Of a DNA stretch of 64,000 nt, positions 44,167 through 53,707 are shown piece after piece (within the stretch, counting starts at the first letter, position 1; each line of letters begins with the position of its first letter). Source of the DNA: a virus (Duplodnaviria > Caudoviricetes); IMG/VR virus record IMGVR_UViG_3300011116_001007; one strand, 5' to 3'. The translations under genes were made by a program, and so were the position numbers. The notes under the pieces were generated by a model that was given only the letters and a program-made list of their open reading frames with translations, was not told the origin of the DNA and did no database searches.

Positions 44167-45932
44167 TTTAAATGTGTCACGCTGTATTTGATGTTGCCAG
44201 TATATCCAGAGTTGGTTGATGAGTAACTCACTGTGATGTTGCCACCGGCTGAGGCCTCTGCAGCAGTCAATGTAATACCAGTGATACCATTTTCGATATA
44301 TTCATCTGTATAACCAAACCCGCCACCTGACCCATATACCACAGTGAGTTGACCGTTTCTGGCAAAAATATCTCTTGTGATGGTGTAATCCACCTTGAAT
44401 GATTTCATAATACTGGTATCTACTATGAACAAGGTGGCTGTGGAGTTGTTGGTCAAGGTATCGTTGATACCGTTGTCTCTGGCCCAGGTTCCTTGAGCCA
44501 ACTGATTGGCTATGCTGTTGCTGACTGCATTGCTGACATAATACGTGATACCACGATTGTTCATGCTCATGGCAGTACTGTTGGTGTTGTTCAATGCAAT
44601 TCTAGCATACACTGTACTGTTGGCAGTGGTACGTGTGAACATGTCGCCCACACTGATGTTGTTGTCACCAGAAATCAAAATTATGTTGCTGGCCGGAGAA
44701 CCAATACCGGCAAAATGATTTCCTACATCATAAAATGTATTGTATGCGCTGGCGTTCAACGAACAAGCACTAAACACCACGCCTTCTGCGTAGATGTTGT
44801 CAAATGTATTTTGTACCACACGCACTCCGGTGGGATTGGTGCTAAAATACACGCCTTGATACAGCGTATCAAATGTGCTGTTGCTGTATGTGATACCTTG
44901 AACAGTTGCATTGGTGTAGGTAGCGTATGTACAGCCAGTGAATTTACAAGTGTCCATGATGATATTTTCACAGGCCGGCGAAGTACCGGCATAATTCACT
45001 GCACGAGTTCCAGCAGTGGCAACAGTCAGAGTACTGGTAGTTCCTGGCCCCGAAAATGTAACTCCGGTAGCTGAGCATTGTTGTGCATTTTGCCATAAGA
45101 ATGGATCGTTGGCCTGATCAGTTGCAAACGACATGTCTCGCACAGTGATATATTGTGGTGTGGTGGCACCATTGGCTCCCACGCTGACGCCTGTCTGTTG
45201 CAAACTGTCTGCGGTACTCACAACACAGGTGGGCAATGTTGTTGCAGCACCGGTGGTAATATTGCCCCAATAATACTGGCCACCGGTGGTTGTGCTGCCA
45301 AGACCGGTGCCTATGGGCACATCAAAGTTTGCCCGATAAAAACTGCCCGAGTCACTGACCAGCACGCCAGCAGAATATGCAACAGCGTTGGTCCATGGCA
45401 GTACAGAAAATTTAATAATGCTGGAGTTGGAACCTTCGCCATACAACAATGCATACGGCGGAACAGCAATGGTATCTGTCACAATGTATGTGCCAGCTGG
45501 AAAAAACAAACTACGGCGAATAGCTGTGTTGGATTCACGGCAATACAGTTGATAAAGAGCACGATTGATAGCAGCAGTATCATCAGTGACTCCGTCGCCT
45601 ATGGCACCAAAATCAGTGATCACTGCATAACTGTCAAGACGTTCTTGAATGCTTTGTGATATTGGCAAACTGGCACTGGGCCCAGTTTGTGCTGTGTATC
45701 CAGCAGCGGCACCTTGATAAGTGTAGGCTGTGGTAAAAGACAACACGTCGGAAAATTCTGTCAGTACTTCAGTATTTCCCACAATAGGGGCACCATCTTC
45801 AATGGTGCCATTTCCAATAAACAATCGACGTTCGTCAGTGGCCCAGCCAAATTCTGCACCGGCCAGCGGTTGTGGTAGGTCTTCTGTTAGACCTTTTCGT
45901 TGGGTAATTCTTGAAATTTGTACAATTGCCAC
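44163..45932 (-). CDS. Tail fiber/spike with pectate-lyase-like beta-helix
   Basis: N-terminal LA.AEFGWATDERRLFIGNG; DFGAIGDGVTDDTAAIN...FFPAGTY. Confidence 0.85.
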   Translation of the reverse strand: MAIVQISRITQRKGLTEDLPQPLAGAEFGWATDERRLFIGNGTIEDGAPIVGNTEVLTEFSDVLSFTTAYTYQGAAAGYTAQTGPSASLPISQSIQERLDSYAVITDFGAIGDGVTDDTAAINRALYQLYCRESNTAIRRSLFFPAGTYIVTDTIAVPPYALLYGEGSNSSIIKFSVLPWTNAVAYSAGVLVSDSGSFYRANFDVPIGTGLGSTTTGGQYYWGNITTGAATTLPTCVVSTADSLQQTGVSVGANGATTPQYITVRDMSFATDQANDPFLWQNAQQCSATGVTFSGPGTTSTLTVATAGTRAVNYAGTSPACENIIMDTCKFTGCTYATYTNATVQGITYSNSTFDTLYQGVYFSTNPTGVRVVQNTFDNIYAEGVVFSACSLNASAYNTFYDVGNHFAGIGSPASNIILISGDNNISVGDMFTRTTANSTVYARIALNNTNSTAMSMNNRGITYYVSNAVSNSIANQLAQGTWARDNGINDTLTNNSTATLFIVDTSIMKSFKVDYTITRDIFARNGQLTVVYGSGGGFGYTDEYIENGITGITLTAAEASAGGNITVSYSSTNSGYTGNIKYSVTHLN

Positions 45933-45933
45933 G

Positions 45934-45962
45934 ATGTGATTCCTTGAGGTATCACATATTTA
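45934..45962 (-). promoter_or_regulatory. Late promoter overlapping an SD-occluding hairpin
   Basis: Minus strand TAAATA then ATGTGAT-ACCTCAAGGA-ATCACAT before the GTG start. Confidence 0.7.
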
Positions 45963-45982
45963 GCCCAGAAGGACCAGGGCAA

Positions 45983-46699
45983 CTATATGTGTTTGGTGTA
46001 GTATTCTTCTACTTTGCGCCACCACTGATCACAATATCGATTGTATTCTGTGCCCTCTAACACAAATTCTTGATATTGTGGTCGGCTGATGAGATTATGA
46101 TCAGCGTCAAGATCAGGTTTTACACACATCAGGATCACGCCCTTGCGTATTTTTGTGCCATGTAGTTCGTTGTGTGCTTCTGCATAGGCGCATAGTTGCA
46201 CAAAATAATCGTCAATCCATTCGCGTTTTTTGGGCTTGTTGGTCTGCTTGTAATCCAATATTGATTCTTCATTTAAATGCAGCCCAGCGCCGTCAGTTGT
46301 GCCTGCGTAGATCTTTGGAAAATACAGTGGAACTTCGATGCCCCAAAATTCATTCACATTTTTCAATCCCTTGGCAATCACAGTTTTGGCCATTTCGTGG
46401 CTTGGCCAACTGAATGGATTTGAGCCACGTTCTTTTATGGCACCTGTTTTGACATAATCTTCAAGATAGGTGTGCATGCGTGTGCCACGATTGGCAGCTT
46501 CTGTGGTAATTTGTTGAGCTTTTTCTGCACCCACAGCACGTCGCCAATTGTGTAAGGCTGCCTTGCTGGCTTCACTCTTGGTCTTGTCAAGAATAGTGGT
46601 CACTGATGGCAAGTTATTGCCATCTGGTGTGGCATAGAATCTTTTGCCTTCTATTGTGACTCGGGGTATGGGTTGATAGTTAAATTTTGGATTGTACAT
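45983..46699 (-). CDS. PD-(D/E)XK exonuclease (RecB/Cas4-like)
   Basis: LPSVTTIL, RGT.MH, YAGTTD, ILDYKQT, QLCAYA. Confidence 0.9.
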   Translation of the reverse strand: MYNPKFNYQPIPRVTIEGKRFYATPDGNNLPSVTTILDKTKSEASKAALHNWRRAVGAEKAQQITTEAANRGTRMHTYLEDYVKTGAIKERGSNPFSWPSHEMAKTVIAKGLKNVNEFWGIEVPLYFPKIYAGTTDGAGLHLNEESILDYKQTNKPKKREWIDDYFVQLCAYAEAHNELHGTKIRKGVILMCVKPDLDADHNLISRPQYQEFVLEGTEYNRYCDQWWRKVEEYYTKHI

Positions 46700-47345
46700 T
46701 GGTTGGTTCAGTTATCCAGTTGTGTAATGTTTGTGCAATTAATTCGTGACCCAATTCGCTTGGGTGGCCACAACTACGCAAGTATTGATTGTATTGATTT
46801 GGTGGCTCTTTAAGATAGTGCGCTTGATCGTGGTACCCAAACAGTTGCACACAAGATTTATGGTATATCTTGGTAGTGTCGATACCTGGTAATTGCAAAT
46901 CAATATCAGACCACCCAACAATGTAATAATCCTGGATGTTGTACTGTCGACATATGGCTTGTGTGCTCAATATATTTTTGTGCAGATTAAAATTAAGATT
47001 AGGTATTGATGTAAAATGTCTTTCCCAACTATGAACAAGTTTACCTGGTTGCCCAGACTTTATATCAATGGTACGTGCAGGGGTTGGGTAATCATGGGTA
47101 ATCACACATTCTCTTGCTGGCGTTGTTACTAAAAAAACTGCTATTGAATTTTCCACAGGTATGTCGGTACGTTTGACATACTCAAGCAGTTGCAACACTG
47201 ATCTGCTGTTGCTGGATCCAGATACACCTAAATTGGAAAAATTGGTTGTGGGTAATTTTGCTGCCAGGCGTGATCCAAATGTGTCAGCATCTGACACACC
47301 AATTCCTACAGCCCAACTGCATCCAAAAACTGCTAATGAATTCAC
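46680..47345 (-). CDS. SGNH/GDSL-like protein
   Basis: GTG start overlapping the iscA stop; FGCSWAVG, NLGVSGSSN, GHPSELGH. Confidence 0.7.
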   Translation of the reverse strand: MNSLAVFGCSWAVGIGVSDADTFGSRLAAKLPTTNFSNLGVSGSSNSRSVLQLLEYVKRTDIPVENSIAVFLVTTPARECVITHDYPTPARTIDIKSGQPGKLVHSWERHFTSIPNLNFNLHKNILSTQAICRQYNIQDYYIVGWSDIDLQLPGIDTTKIYHKSCVQLFGYHDQAHYLKEPPNQYNQYLRSCGHPSELGHELIAQTLHNWITEPTNVQSKI

Positions 47346-47668
47346 ACTCTGAAACTTTCTCCGCAACCACATCGATCACGCTCATTGGGATTGCGGAATT
47401 CAAAACCTTCGTTGAGTCCTTGGCGTACATAATCTATAGTCATGCCCGAAAGATACACTTCATGTTTTTTGTCCACTATCACAGCAAAATTGGGTTGGGC
47501 ATAGTTGATCACAGTGTCGAGGTCCGATGGGTACGCATCTATGTATTCTAACACATAAGCTAGTCCTGAGCAACCTGTAGTTTTTACACCCAGTCGTATG
47601 CCTGCACCACCACGTTGTTTCAATAGTCGTTGGATTTTGTTACCAGCAGTTTCAGTGAACAAGATCAT
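47342..47668 (-). CDS. iscA: Fe-S cluster assembly A-type carrier
   Basis: GVKTTGCSGLAY, FRNPN...CGCGESF. Confidence 0.96.
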   Translation of the reverse strand: MILFTETAGNKIQRLLKQRGGAGIRLGVKTTGCSGLAYVLEYIDAYPSDLDTVINYAQPNFAVIVDKKHEVYLSGMTIDYVRQGLNEGFEFRNPNERDRCGCGESFRV

Positions 47669-48038
47669 GCCGGCTACGATAATCTGCTACTGCCGCTTTG
47701 ATCGCGTCTTCCGCAAGTATTGAACAATGAATCTTAACTGGAGGGAGGGCAAGCTCAGAAGCAATTTCGCTATTTTTGATCGCCGCTGCCTGCTCAAGTG
47801 TGCGTCCTTTGACCCATTCAGTAACCAGCGAACTTGACGCAATCGCTGAGCCGCAACCATACGTTTTAAACTTGGCATCTTGGATGATTCCATCTACTAC
47901 CTTTATCTGCAATTTCATCACATCACCGCAAGCAGGTGCGCCTACCATACCAGTTCCGATGCTGTTATCGTTTTTGTCAAAGCTGCCTACGTTGCGTGGA
48001 TTTTCATAATGATCGATTACTTGATTTGAATAAGCCAT
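47652..48038 (-). CDS. iscU: Fe-S cluster scaffold
   Basis: YS..VIDHYENPRNVG, APACGD, YGCGSAIASSS, LPPVKIHCS. Confidence 0.97.
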   Translation of the reverse strand: MAYSNQVIDHYENPRNVGSFDKNDNSIGTGMVGAPACGDVMKLQIKVVDGIIQDAKFKTYGCGSAIASSSLVTEWVKGRTLEQAAAIKNSEIASELALPPVKIHCSILAEDAIKAAVADYRSRHDLVH

Positions 48039-48110
48039 AATTACCTCCGAGAATTTTTATCTTAACAAACTGATTATACTATATTTATGTTGATTTTAGT
48101 TGCTTTTTGA

Positions 48111-48674
48111 TTAAGTGCTTTTTCTTAAATGTGGTTGAGTAACTGTTATGAAGGGATGATTTTCTATATCCCATTGCTGAATGGTTTGAATACAATCTTT
48201 GTAATTGATAATTATATCCCGGTAAGAATACGGGCTTTGTTGTGGTAACTTTATATCACGAACTGGATTTAAATCAAGTGCTGAAAATACATGATCATGA
48301 TTGCCAACAAAGTCCTCAAAACAAAAATGTTGTATTTTTGCATATGGTCTAGAAAAATCATGTGATTTTTCATACCAGCGATTAAACATGTAGGTATGAT
48401 ATAAATCTGATCCCCGATGGCAATCTACTAGGAATGCATCCGGCGTGATTTCATATTTTGTCCATTGCTCTGTGCGCTGGCCTATTAACTGTGATAATAT
48501 TGCTGCTGTTTTGTCTCGTCGAGCCAACAATATCAAACAGGTATTGTGGTAATCAAGTTCATACCACGGATTATGGGTTAGTATTGTATTTGTATTTGGG
48601 CTTGCACTGCGTAATAGTGCATGTAGGTAATGACTTCCAGTTCGCGGCGGCGAGCTTACTAAAAAAGTTTTCAT
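48111..48674 (-). CDS. Sulfotransferase-like protein
   Basis: SPPRTGSHYL (PAPS-binding loop), RRD..AAILS, FEDF. Confidence 0.65.
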   Translation of the reverse strand: MKTFLVSSPPRTGSHYLHALLRSASPNTNTILTHNPWYELDYHNTCLILLARRDKTAAILSQLIGQRTEQWTKYEITPDAFLVDCHRGSDLYHTYMFNRWYEKSHDFSRPYAKIQHFCFEDFVGNHDHVFSALDLNPVRDIKLPQQSPYSYRDIIINYKDCIQTIQQWDIENHPFITVTQPHLRKST

Positions 48675-48691
48675 CGCCCTGCCCAGTTTGA

Positions 48692-49042
48692 TTACATTGG
48701 GCGTTTCATTGCTGACTTGGCAGCGGCTGCAACAATGTCTTGAGCACGATTCACTGGCATGGCCGGATCAGTTTCTTCGCCGCCTTTGAATGTGATCACA
48801 CCAGAGTTGGGATCCAGTGGTTCCAGCATGTTGCTCAGTGGAGGTTGTGCAATCAAGTCGCCAAGATTTTGTCTGTTTACGTTGATGTTCAGACTTTGGG
48901 CCAAACTTACAAATGCATCTTGACTGATCTCTTTTCGGGCGTTGGTATCATTTGAACGGCCAGCCAAAAAAGAAACCAGTCCCATCAATTGATTTGGACT
49001 TGGAGTTGCCGATGCTGAGTCGTCAACTTCAAATATACGCAT
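48692..49042 (-). CDS. Probable head-associated protein
   Basis: MRIFEV N-terminus; within late cluster. Confidence 0.55.
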   Translation of the reverse strand: MRIFEVDDSASATPSPNQLMGLVSFLAGRSNDTNARKEISQDAFVSLAQSLNINVNRQNLGDLIAQPPLSNMLEPLDPNSGVITFKGGEETDPAMPVNRAQDIVAAAAKSAMKRPM

Positions 49043-49998
49043 TATCTACGTGCTCGGCCTAATGCTGCTCCAACTGGGGGTTCGGCAGCAGCTTCGAGAT
49101 CACCTTCGCCCGGAGGTGGTGCGTCCAGGCCTACATCGCCAGCAGCGGCACCCATGTCTGCGCCAGCTGCGGCCATGTCACCAGCAGCAGCGCCAGCATT
49201 GGCAATGGCGCTCATGTCTGGTCCGCCTGTGCCTGTTACCACGCCCAGTGCAGCTTCCAATTGTTGCTTGGCACCTTGCAGATTTTGCAGCAAGCCAGCC
49301 AATGCGCCAGTGGCGTCAGTGTTGAATTGCATGGCTTGATCTACACCAACTTGATTCTTGATGCTTTCAACCAAGGCAGGCAGGTCTTTGAATTGCAATT
49401 CACTGACTTCTTCTACCATGTCTTGCATTTTGTCCACTAGGTCTTGAGCAGCCAATACCACTTGAGCCTGTTGAATCTCAGACTCTTTCAAAATGCGATA
49501 TTCTCTACGCAAACGGCTTTCAGCCATGGCCATCATAGCGCCAGCTACCAGTGCCTTCTCGGCAGCCGAAAGTGTTTGTCCAGATTCACTTTTCTTCATT
49601 GCAGCAGCCACTTTGGGATCTTGAGCAGTTGCTGGCGGCGCTGTTGGTGTTTGTCCTGGTTGTGGTGCTTGCTGGATGGTTTGTCCAGGAGCAGCACCAG
49701 TGGTGCCTGGTCCATTGTTGGGTGCGCCGCCGCCGCCGCCGGGAACAACTTCTTCACGCAGGCGACTGGCCAAGGCTTGTTCCATCATGACCAGTTTCAA
49801 ATAGTGTGGATTTTGTTCACTGGTATGGCGTGCAGTGGTGCTACGATGTTCACCCAATACGCCACGTACTTTGTTCAGCATTATTCGTGTTTGACGTGAG
49901 TTCAAACGGTCAAATTTGATGCGTGAACCAAAATAACTTTCGAATACTTTGGCAATTTGTTTTGATGGCTTAGGAGCCGCTAGTTCTTGCAGTTTCAT
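49042..49998 (-). CDS. Probable head-internal/scaffold protein
   Basis: MKLQEL N-terminus, low-complexity linkers, C-terminal LGRARR; TAAATA upstream. Confidence 0.55.
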   Translation of the reverse strand: MKLQELAAPKPSKQIAKVFESYFGSRIKFDRLNSRQTRIMLNKVRGVLGEHRSTTARHTSEQNPHYLKLVMMEQALASRLREEVVPGGGGGAPNNGPGTTGAAPGQTIQQAPQPGQTPTAPPATAQDPKVAAAMKKSESGQTLSAAEKALVAGAMMAMAESRLRREYRILKESEIQQAQVVLAAQDLVDKMQDMVEEVSELQFKDLPALVESIKNQVGVDQAMQFNTDATGALAGLLQNLQGAKQQLEAALGVVTGTGGPDMSAIANAGAAAGDMAAAGADMGAAAGDVGLDAPPPGEGDLEAAAEPPVGAALGRARR

Positions 49999-50449
49999 TA
50001 TGGAATCCTCTAATCTGTAGATATTTAGCCGAATTTATACATTTTTCCAATTCGGCGGTCACTGATGCAAGCATATCTATCTTGGGTTGCATCTTAGTAT
50101 TTACTATTTCGTAAAACGATTCATGGCCGCTGACTTCGGCTGTTTTTCGGCTGCAAAAGATGTCTGTTTTGAGCACCTGTTGCCTACGATCCAGTATCAT
50201 TATGTTGTTGGACAAGTTGTATCGTTGAAATTTATCTGCCACACACCAGCTGAGTGCAATGCGTTTGGTGGAAAAACAATGTATAGCACTGTGCCAGTCA
50301 CTGACCAAGAATCCATCGGCGGTTTGAGTTATGTCGTACTTGCCAAACACAAAGTAGTTGGCACCGTCGTCGTCACTCACAATGGTGTTGGCGGAACTTT
50401 TTTTCAACTCTTTTGTTAGCAAAAGTTCAAACTTTTTTTCATTCATCAT
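49970..50449 (-). CDS. Hypothetical protein
   Basis: Start re-placed at the ATGA overlap at 50449. Confidence 0.7.
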   Translation of the reverse strand: MMNEKKFELLLTKELKKSSANTIVSDDDGANYFVFGKYDITQTADGFLVSDWHSAIHCFSTKRIALSWCVADKFQRYNLSNNIMILDRRQQVLKTDIFCSRKTAEVSGHESFYEIVNTKMQPKIDMLASVTAELEKCINSAKYLQIRGFHNETARTSGS

Positions 50450-50712
50450 AGAGTTTTGAAGTATTGTGCAGCCAACCAGCCCACAGTGGCCACTAGCACA
50501 CCAATTATACCTATGCCCCAATTGACTATTTGATCGTTGCGTTTGGTTGTCATGGTTTCCATCATGCCTCTAAGATCGCCCATGACCTTGTGCAGGCCTA
50601 CCAGGCGCTCTTCCAAGGTATCCAGCTTGGTCTCCAGCAATCTATAACGTTCTGCACATAGTTCCACGTGAGCTTCGAGACTTTTCTTTTCAATATCAGT
50701 TGTGTCCACCAT
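50446..50712 (-). CDS. Coiled-coil protein with C-terminal TM helix (holin/XhlA-like topology)
   Basis: LEAHVELCAERY coiled coil; WGIGIIGVLVATVGWL. Confidence 0.6.
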   Translation of the reverse strand: MVDTTDIEKKSLEAHVELCAERYRLLETKLDTLEERLVGLHKVMGDLRGMMETMTTKRNDQIVNWGIGIIGVLVATVGWLAAQYFKTL

Positions 50713-50714
50713 GA

Positions 50715-51146
50715 TTACTCCAATGATGTATTTAGTGGTAGGAACCAGATATTCTGATCTGAGCCCACTGTGGTAATGGTGGATTTCAGTTCAGGTTGTT
50801 CGGTGAGATTTGTCATCATGGGCACATCTTCACAACCTTGTACCAGTCCTGCTAGTGGATCCGGGTGGCCATCTATTGCATATACTGAAGGAGATTCCAC
50901 ACGAAATTCAAATTCCCACGCACCAGTGCGATACACAGGTGTGGTGATATCCAATGGTTGTGTACGCAAGCCTATGATCTGCAATAGTGTTTCCCAGTTG
51001 CGTTGTTGATTACGGCTGTGATGCCATTCTGACTGATTGGTTATTTTTTGCCCTATGCGGTCTTCAAACGGGATTTCACCTGGTCTAAAATGGCCAGTGG
51101 TACCTGTATAACTGCAATCAAAAAGTGTGCGACATTGTATTCTCAT
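50715..51146 (-). CDS. Hypothetical late protein
   Basis: TAAATA eight nt before ATG 51146. Confidence 0.7.
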   Translation of the reverse strand: MRIQCRTLFDCSYTGTTGHFRPGEIPFEDRIGQKITNQSEWHHSRNQQRNWETLLQIIGLRTQPLDITTPVYRTGAWEFEFRVESPSVYAIDGHPDPLAGLVQGCEDVPMMTNLTEQPELKSTITTVGSDQNIWFLPLNTSLE

Positions 51147-51165
51147 TAGATAGATATTTAAGGCC

Positions 51166-51199
51166 AAAAAGAAACCCCGGATTTTTTACCTCCGGGGTT
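51166..51199 (-). terminator. Rho-independent terminator
   Basis: AACCCCGG...CCGGGGTT followed by TTCTTTTT on minus strand. Confidence 0.8.
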
Positions 51200-51219
51200 G
51201 CGGCTATCGCTGACCTGGA

Positions 51220-51627
51220 TTACAGGCTAGTGAAGCTGGCTGTGTTGCTCACGTTGGCAGTTGGGATACCAATGTTCAAACCACCAGTTGCGTTGGCCAC
51301 TTGAGCAGCAGCAACCAAGGTAGCTGTGGTGTAAGCACCATTTGGATAGATTGCCAAGCTGATTGTACCAGCTGTAGCGCCAGCTTGATAAATTGCAATG
51401 GTACCAGTTTGTTGAATAGATTGCAACACATTGTTCAAATAACCATTGACGTTACCGGCATTGGTCAAAGCAGCGTTGGCTGTCAATGTGAAGAAGTCTA
51501 GTTTAGGACCTTGGATCTGAACTGGACCTTGAGCAGCTACGTTGGCTGTTCCTGCGATGGAACCGTTTGCCACGTCCAGTGCAAATACTGGTTGTGTAGT
51601 TCCGTTTACTTTTGTAAATACTGCCAT
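51220..51627 (-). CDS. Abundant small virion protein (decoration-like)
   Basis: Ala/Thr/Gly-rich; own TATAAATA promoter, leader hairpin and terminator. Confidence 0.6.
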   Translation of the reverse strand: MAVFTKVNGTTQPVFALDVANGSIAGTANVAAQGPVQIQGPKLDFFTLTANAALTNAGNVNGYLNNVLQSIQQTGTIAIYQAGATAGTISLAIYPNGAYTTATLVAAAQVANATGGLNIGIPTANVSNTASFTSL

Positions 51628-51667
51628 GATAAATTTCCTTTAAGTTAGTGGGTTGTTGCCCTACTTT

Positions 51668-51675
51668 TATTTATA
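51668..51675 (-). promoter_or_regulatory. T4-type late promoter TATAAATA
   Basis: Exact octamer upstream of gene 51627. Confidence 0.8.
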
Positions 51676-51688
51676 CAATTGGCAAAAA

Positions 51689-53707
51689 TCACTGGGGTTG
51701 AGGATTGTTTTTTGCTTTGTTTCTGGCGGTAAAATCAAATCTATTCACTGCTTTGCCATAGCCTGCAGGGGTTGCAAACACCCATCCTTCATTGCCGGGC
51801 ACCTGTGCATCTAGTTTTCCTAACATATCCAGTTTTAAGTCATGCAACATTTCAAACAACAAGAATGCCGCAGCCAACCCCTGTTCATTGCTGGTAGGAC
51901 TACTCAGGTACTGTGCAATGTTGCCAACTTTTTGTGGTGTTTGTGTTTGTTCCAACCAGGCTAAGAATCCAGGCACAAGGTCACGAAAATCACCTGTGTA
52001 GGCAGCGTGTCTTGGATCTACTCTTTTGTTTATGTAGTCTATGGCCAACTTGGCCAAGTCAGTGATCTTCATTGCACGTAGTTCACCAGGATTGAGCAAA
52101 GTATCTATAGCCTGACGATTTTGTCGTAGCAGTGTTTTGATCTGGTTGTACATGGGACTGTTCTTGGGTACAGGTTTTGCGGTGATTGGTTCTATCAGCA
52201 ACAATCCTTCCACAGGATTAAATTTGACTCCGCTGAGTGGTTGTTTGGCAGCACCTGCATCTGCATACATAGTGTGTACAGCCACACCTATGTTGCTGTT
52301 GGCAATTTGTTGTCCTAATTTGCTGTCCGCCGGAATACGATATGTCACAGTGTTGGGTCTAAATATCAGTAGTCCAGCAGACTTATAAACTGCGCCGGGT
52401 ACAATTTCTTCTTCTGTTGCTGGCAACGGGTTATTGGTGTTGGCCCAGTACATCAGATCTCCTTTGACATATCCACGGAAGTTTGTAGGAGTGGCTGCTT
52501 CAAGATATGGCCAAATAGCGTTGTATGTTGGCAGTAAAGTTTTGACTCTATCTGCTTTGTTGCCTTTGGCAACAGCATTAGCATCTCGTCGAGACATATC
52601 GTCAGCAATGGCATCTGTGCTGGTAAACAATCCATCGTAACCAGCTGCTGAAAAACCCGAATCATCTGTAAGCACAAACTCACCAGTTGCGGGCTTGCGA
52701 CCAAACACCACAGCAGGTTTTCCATCCCATTTTACGGATCCTGTTTGAGAATTTTTATAAAACCCATCAGCTATGGCCAATGCTTGGTCTACTCCAGCAC
52801 TGCCCTTGCGGAAAATATAATCTTCCAGGTGTTCGATGCCTTTGGCTTTTCCGCCTACAGCAGCAGGTTCTTGTTCGTAAAGTTGGTAAGATTTTTTAGT
52901 TTCAACCAAGGCCACGTATCCGCGATTCACAATGCGATCTCTTAATCTAGCTAGGAAATATGCGTCGCTTTCTTTCACAGATAAGTCGGGTTCTTGCAAG
53001 CCTTCGCCGGCTAGATAACCACGGAAGTCTTGAAGCTTGGCATCACGGTTGGGATCTTTGGCCAATGCAGCATAGATTGATTCTACATTCTTTAGATTGG
53101 CACGAGTAGCACCGCGTCCCAATAGCACCTGGGCCACATAATCAGGATCCAGGCCACCTTGTACCAGTTGATTTGTGGTTCTAGAGAACATGCCATTGGC
53201 GCCTACTTTGAGTCCCAGTTGTTTGGCTATGCTGCTCATTAGCACGTTTCGATTCATGCCTTTGTAAGCTGAGTCTGTGCCACCGCCATAAAAGAACTGT
53301 CCCCAATCCAAGTTGGGAAAGAACATAAAGTCAGTTTGCACAAATCCACGATTGGCATCACCGGCAATGGGTGTTTTTAAATGTACTTCCCCGCCCTTCT
53401 TGACCCATTCTCTAGGATCCAGTCCTTGGCTTTGTACAAATTGAGAAAGTATTCCAGCCAATTGTTCTTTTGAAACTTCATTCAGATCCACAGCAAGATC
53501 CAAGTCTCCTGATGAGGGGGCTTTGCCAGTTGACCCCAACCAACGCAATGGTATGCCATCGTCATCTTTGTCGGTGCTGAAATCTAAACCAGTAACTTGT
53601 TCTATCCATTGGACCGTTGCTGGTACATCTTGTCGATTGATACGCTGTGTAAGCGGTTCTTTGTTGGGCCCTTTGAATACATTTCCGCCTTCTAATAGAT
53701 ATCTCAT
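51689..53707 (-). CDS. Pol-beta-type nucleotidyltransferase fused to DUF6267-like KxDG domain
   Basis: LGSTGK..SGDLDL and VQTDFM; HLED, SVKWDGKPAV, EGWV...K. Confidence 0.65.
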   Translation of the reverse strand: MRYLLEGGNVFKGPNKEPLTQRINRQDVPATVQWIEQVTGLDFSTDKDDDGIPLRWLGSTGKAPSSGDLDLAVDLNEVSKEQLAGILSQFVQSQGLDPREWVKKGGEVHLKTPIAGDANRGFVQTDFMFFPNLDWGQFFYGGGTDSAYKGMNRNVLMSSIAKQLGLKVGANGMFSRTTNQLVQGGLDPDYVAQVLLGRGATRANLKNVESIYAALAKDPNRDAKLQDFRGYLAGEGLQEPDLSVKESDAYFLARLRDRIVNRGYVALVETKKSYQLYEQEPAAVGGKAKGIEHLEDYIFRKGSAGVDQALAIADGFYKNSQTGSVKWDGKPAVVFGRKPATGEFVLTDDSGFSAAGYDGLFTSTDAIADDMSRRDANAVAKGNKADRVKTLLPTYNAIWPYLEAATPTNFRGYVKGDLMYWANTNNPLPATEEEIVPGAVYKSAGLLIFRPNTVTYRIPADSKLGQQIANSNIGVAVHTMYADAGAAKQPLSGVKFNPVEGLLLIEPITAKPVPKNSPMYNQIKTLLRQNRQAIDTLLNPGELRAMKITDLAKLAIDYINKRVDPRHAAYTGDFRDLVPGFLAWLEQTQTPQKVGNIAQYLSSPTSNEQGLAAAFLLFEMLHDLKLDMLGKLDAQVPGNEGWVFATPAGYGKAVNRFDFTARNKAKNNPQPQ

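Noticed and set aside
45983-46699. Cas4 / CRISPR adaptation module
   Set aside because: It lacks the Cas4 Fe-S cysteine cluster, no cas1/cas2 or array is nearby, and it fits a phage RecB-like exonuclease.
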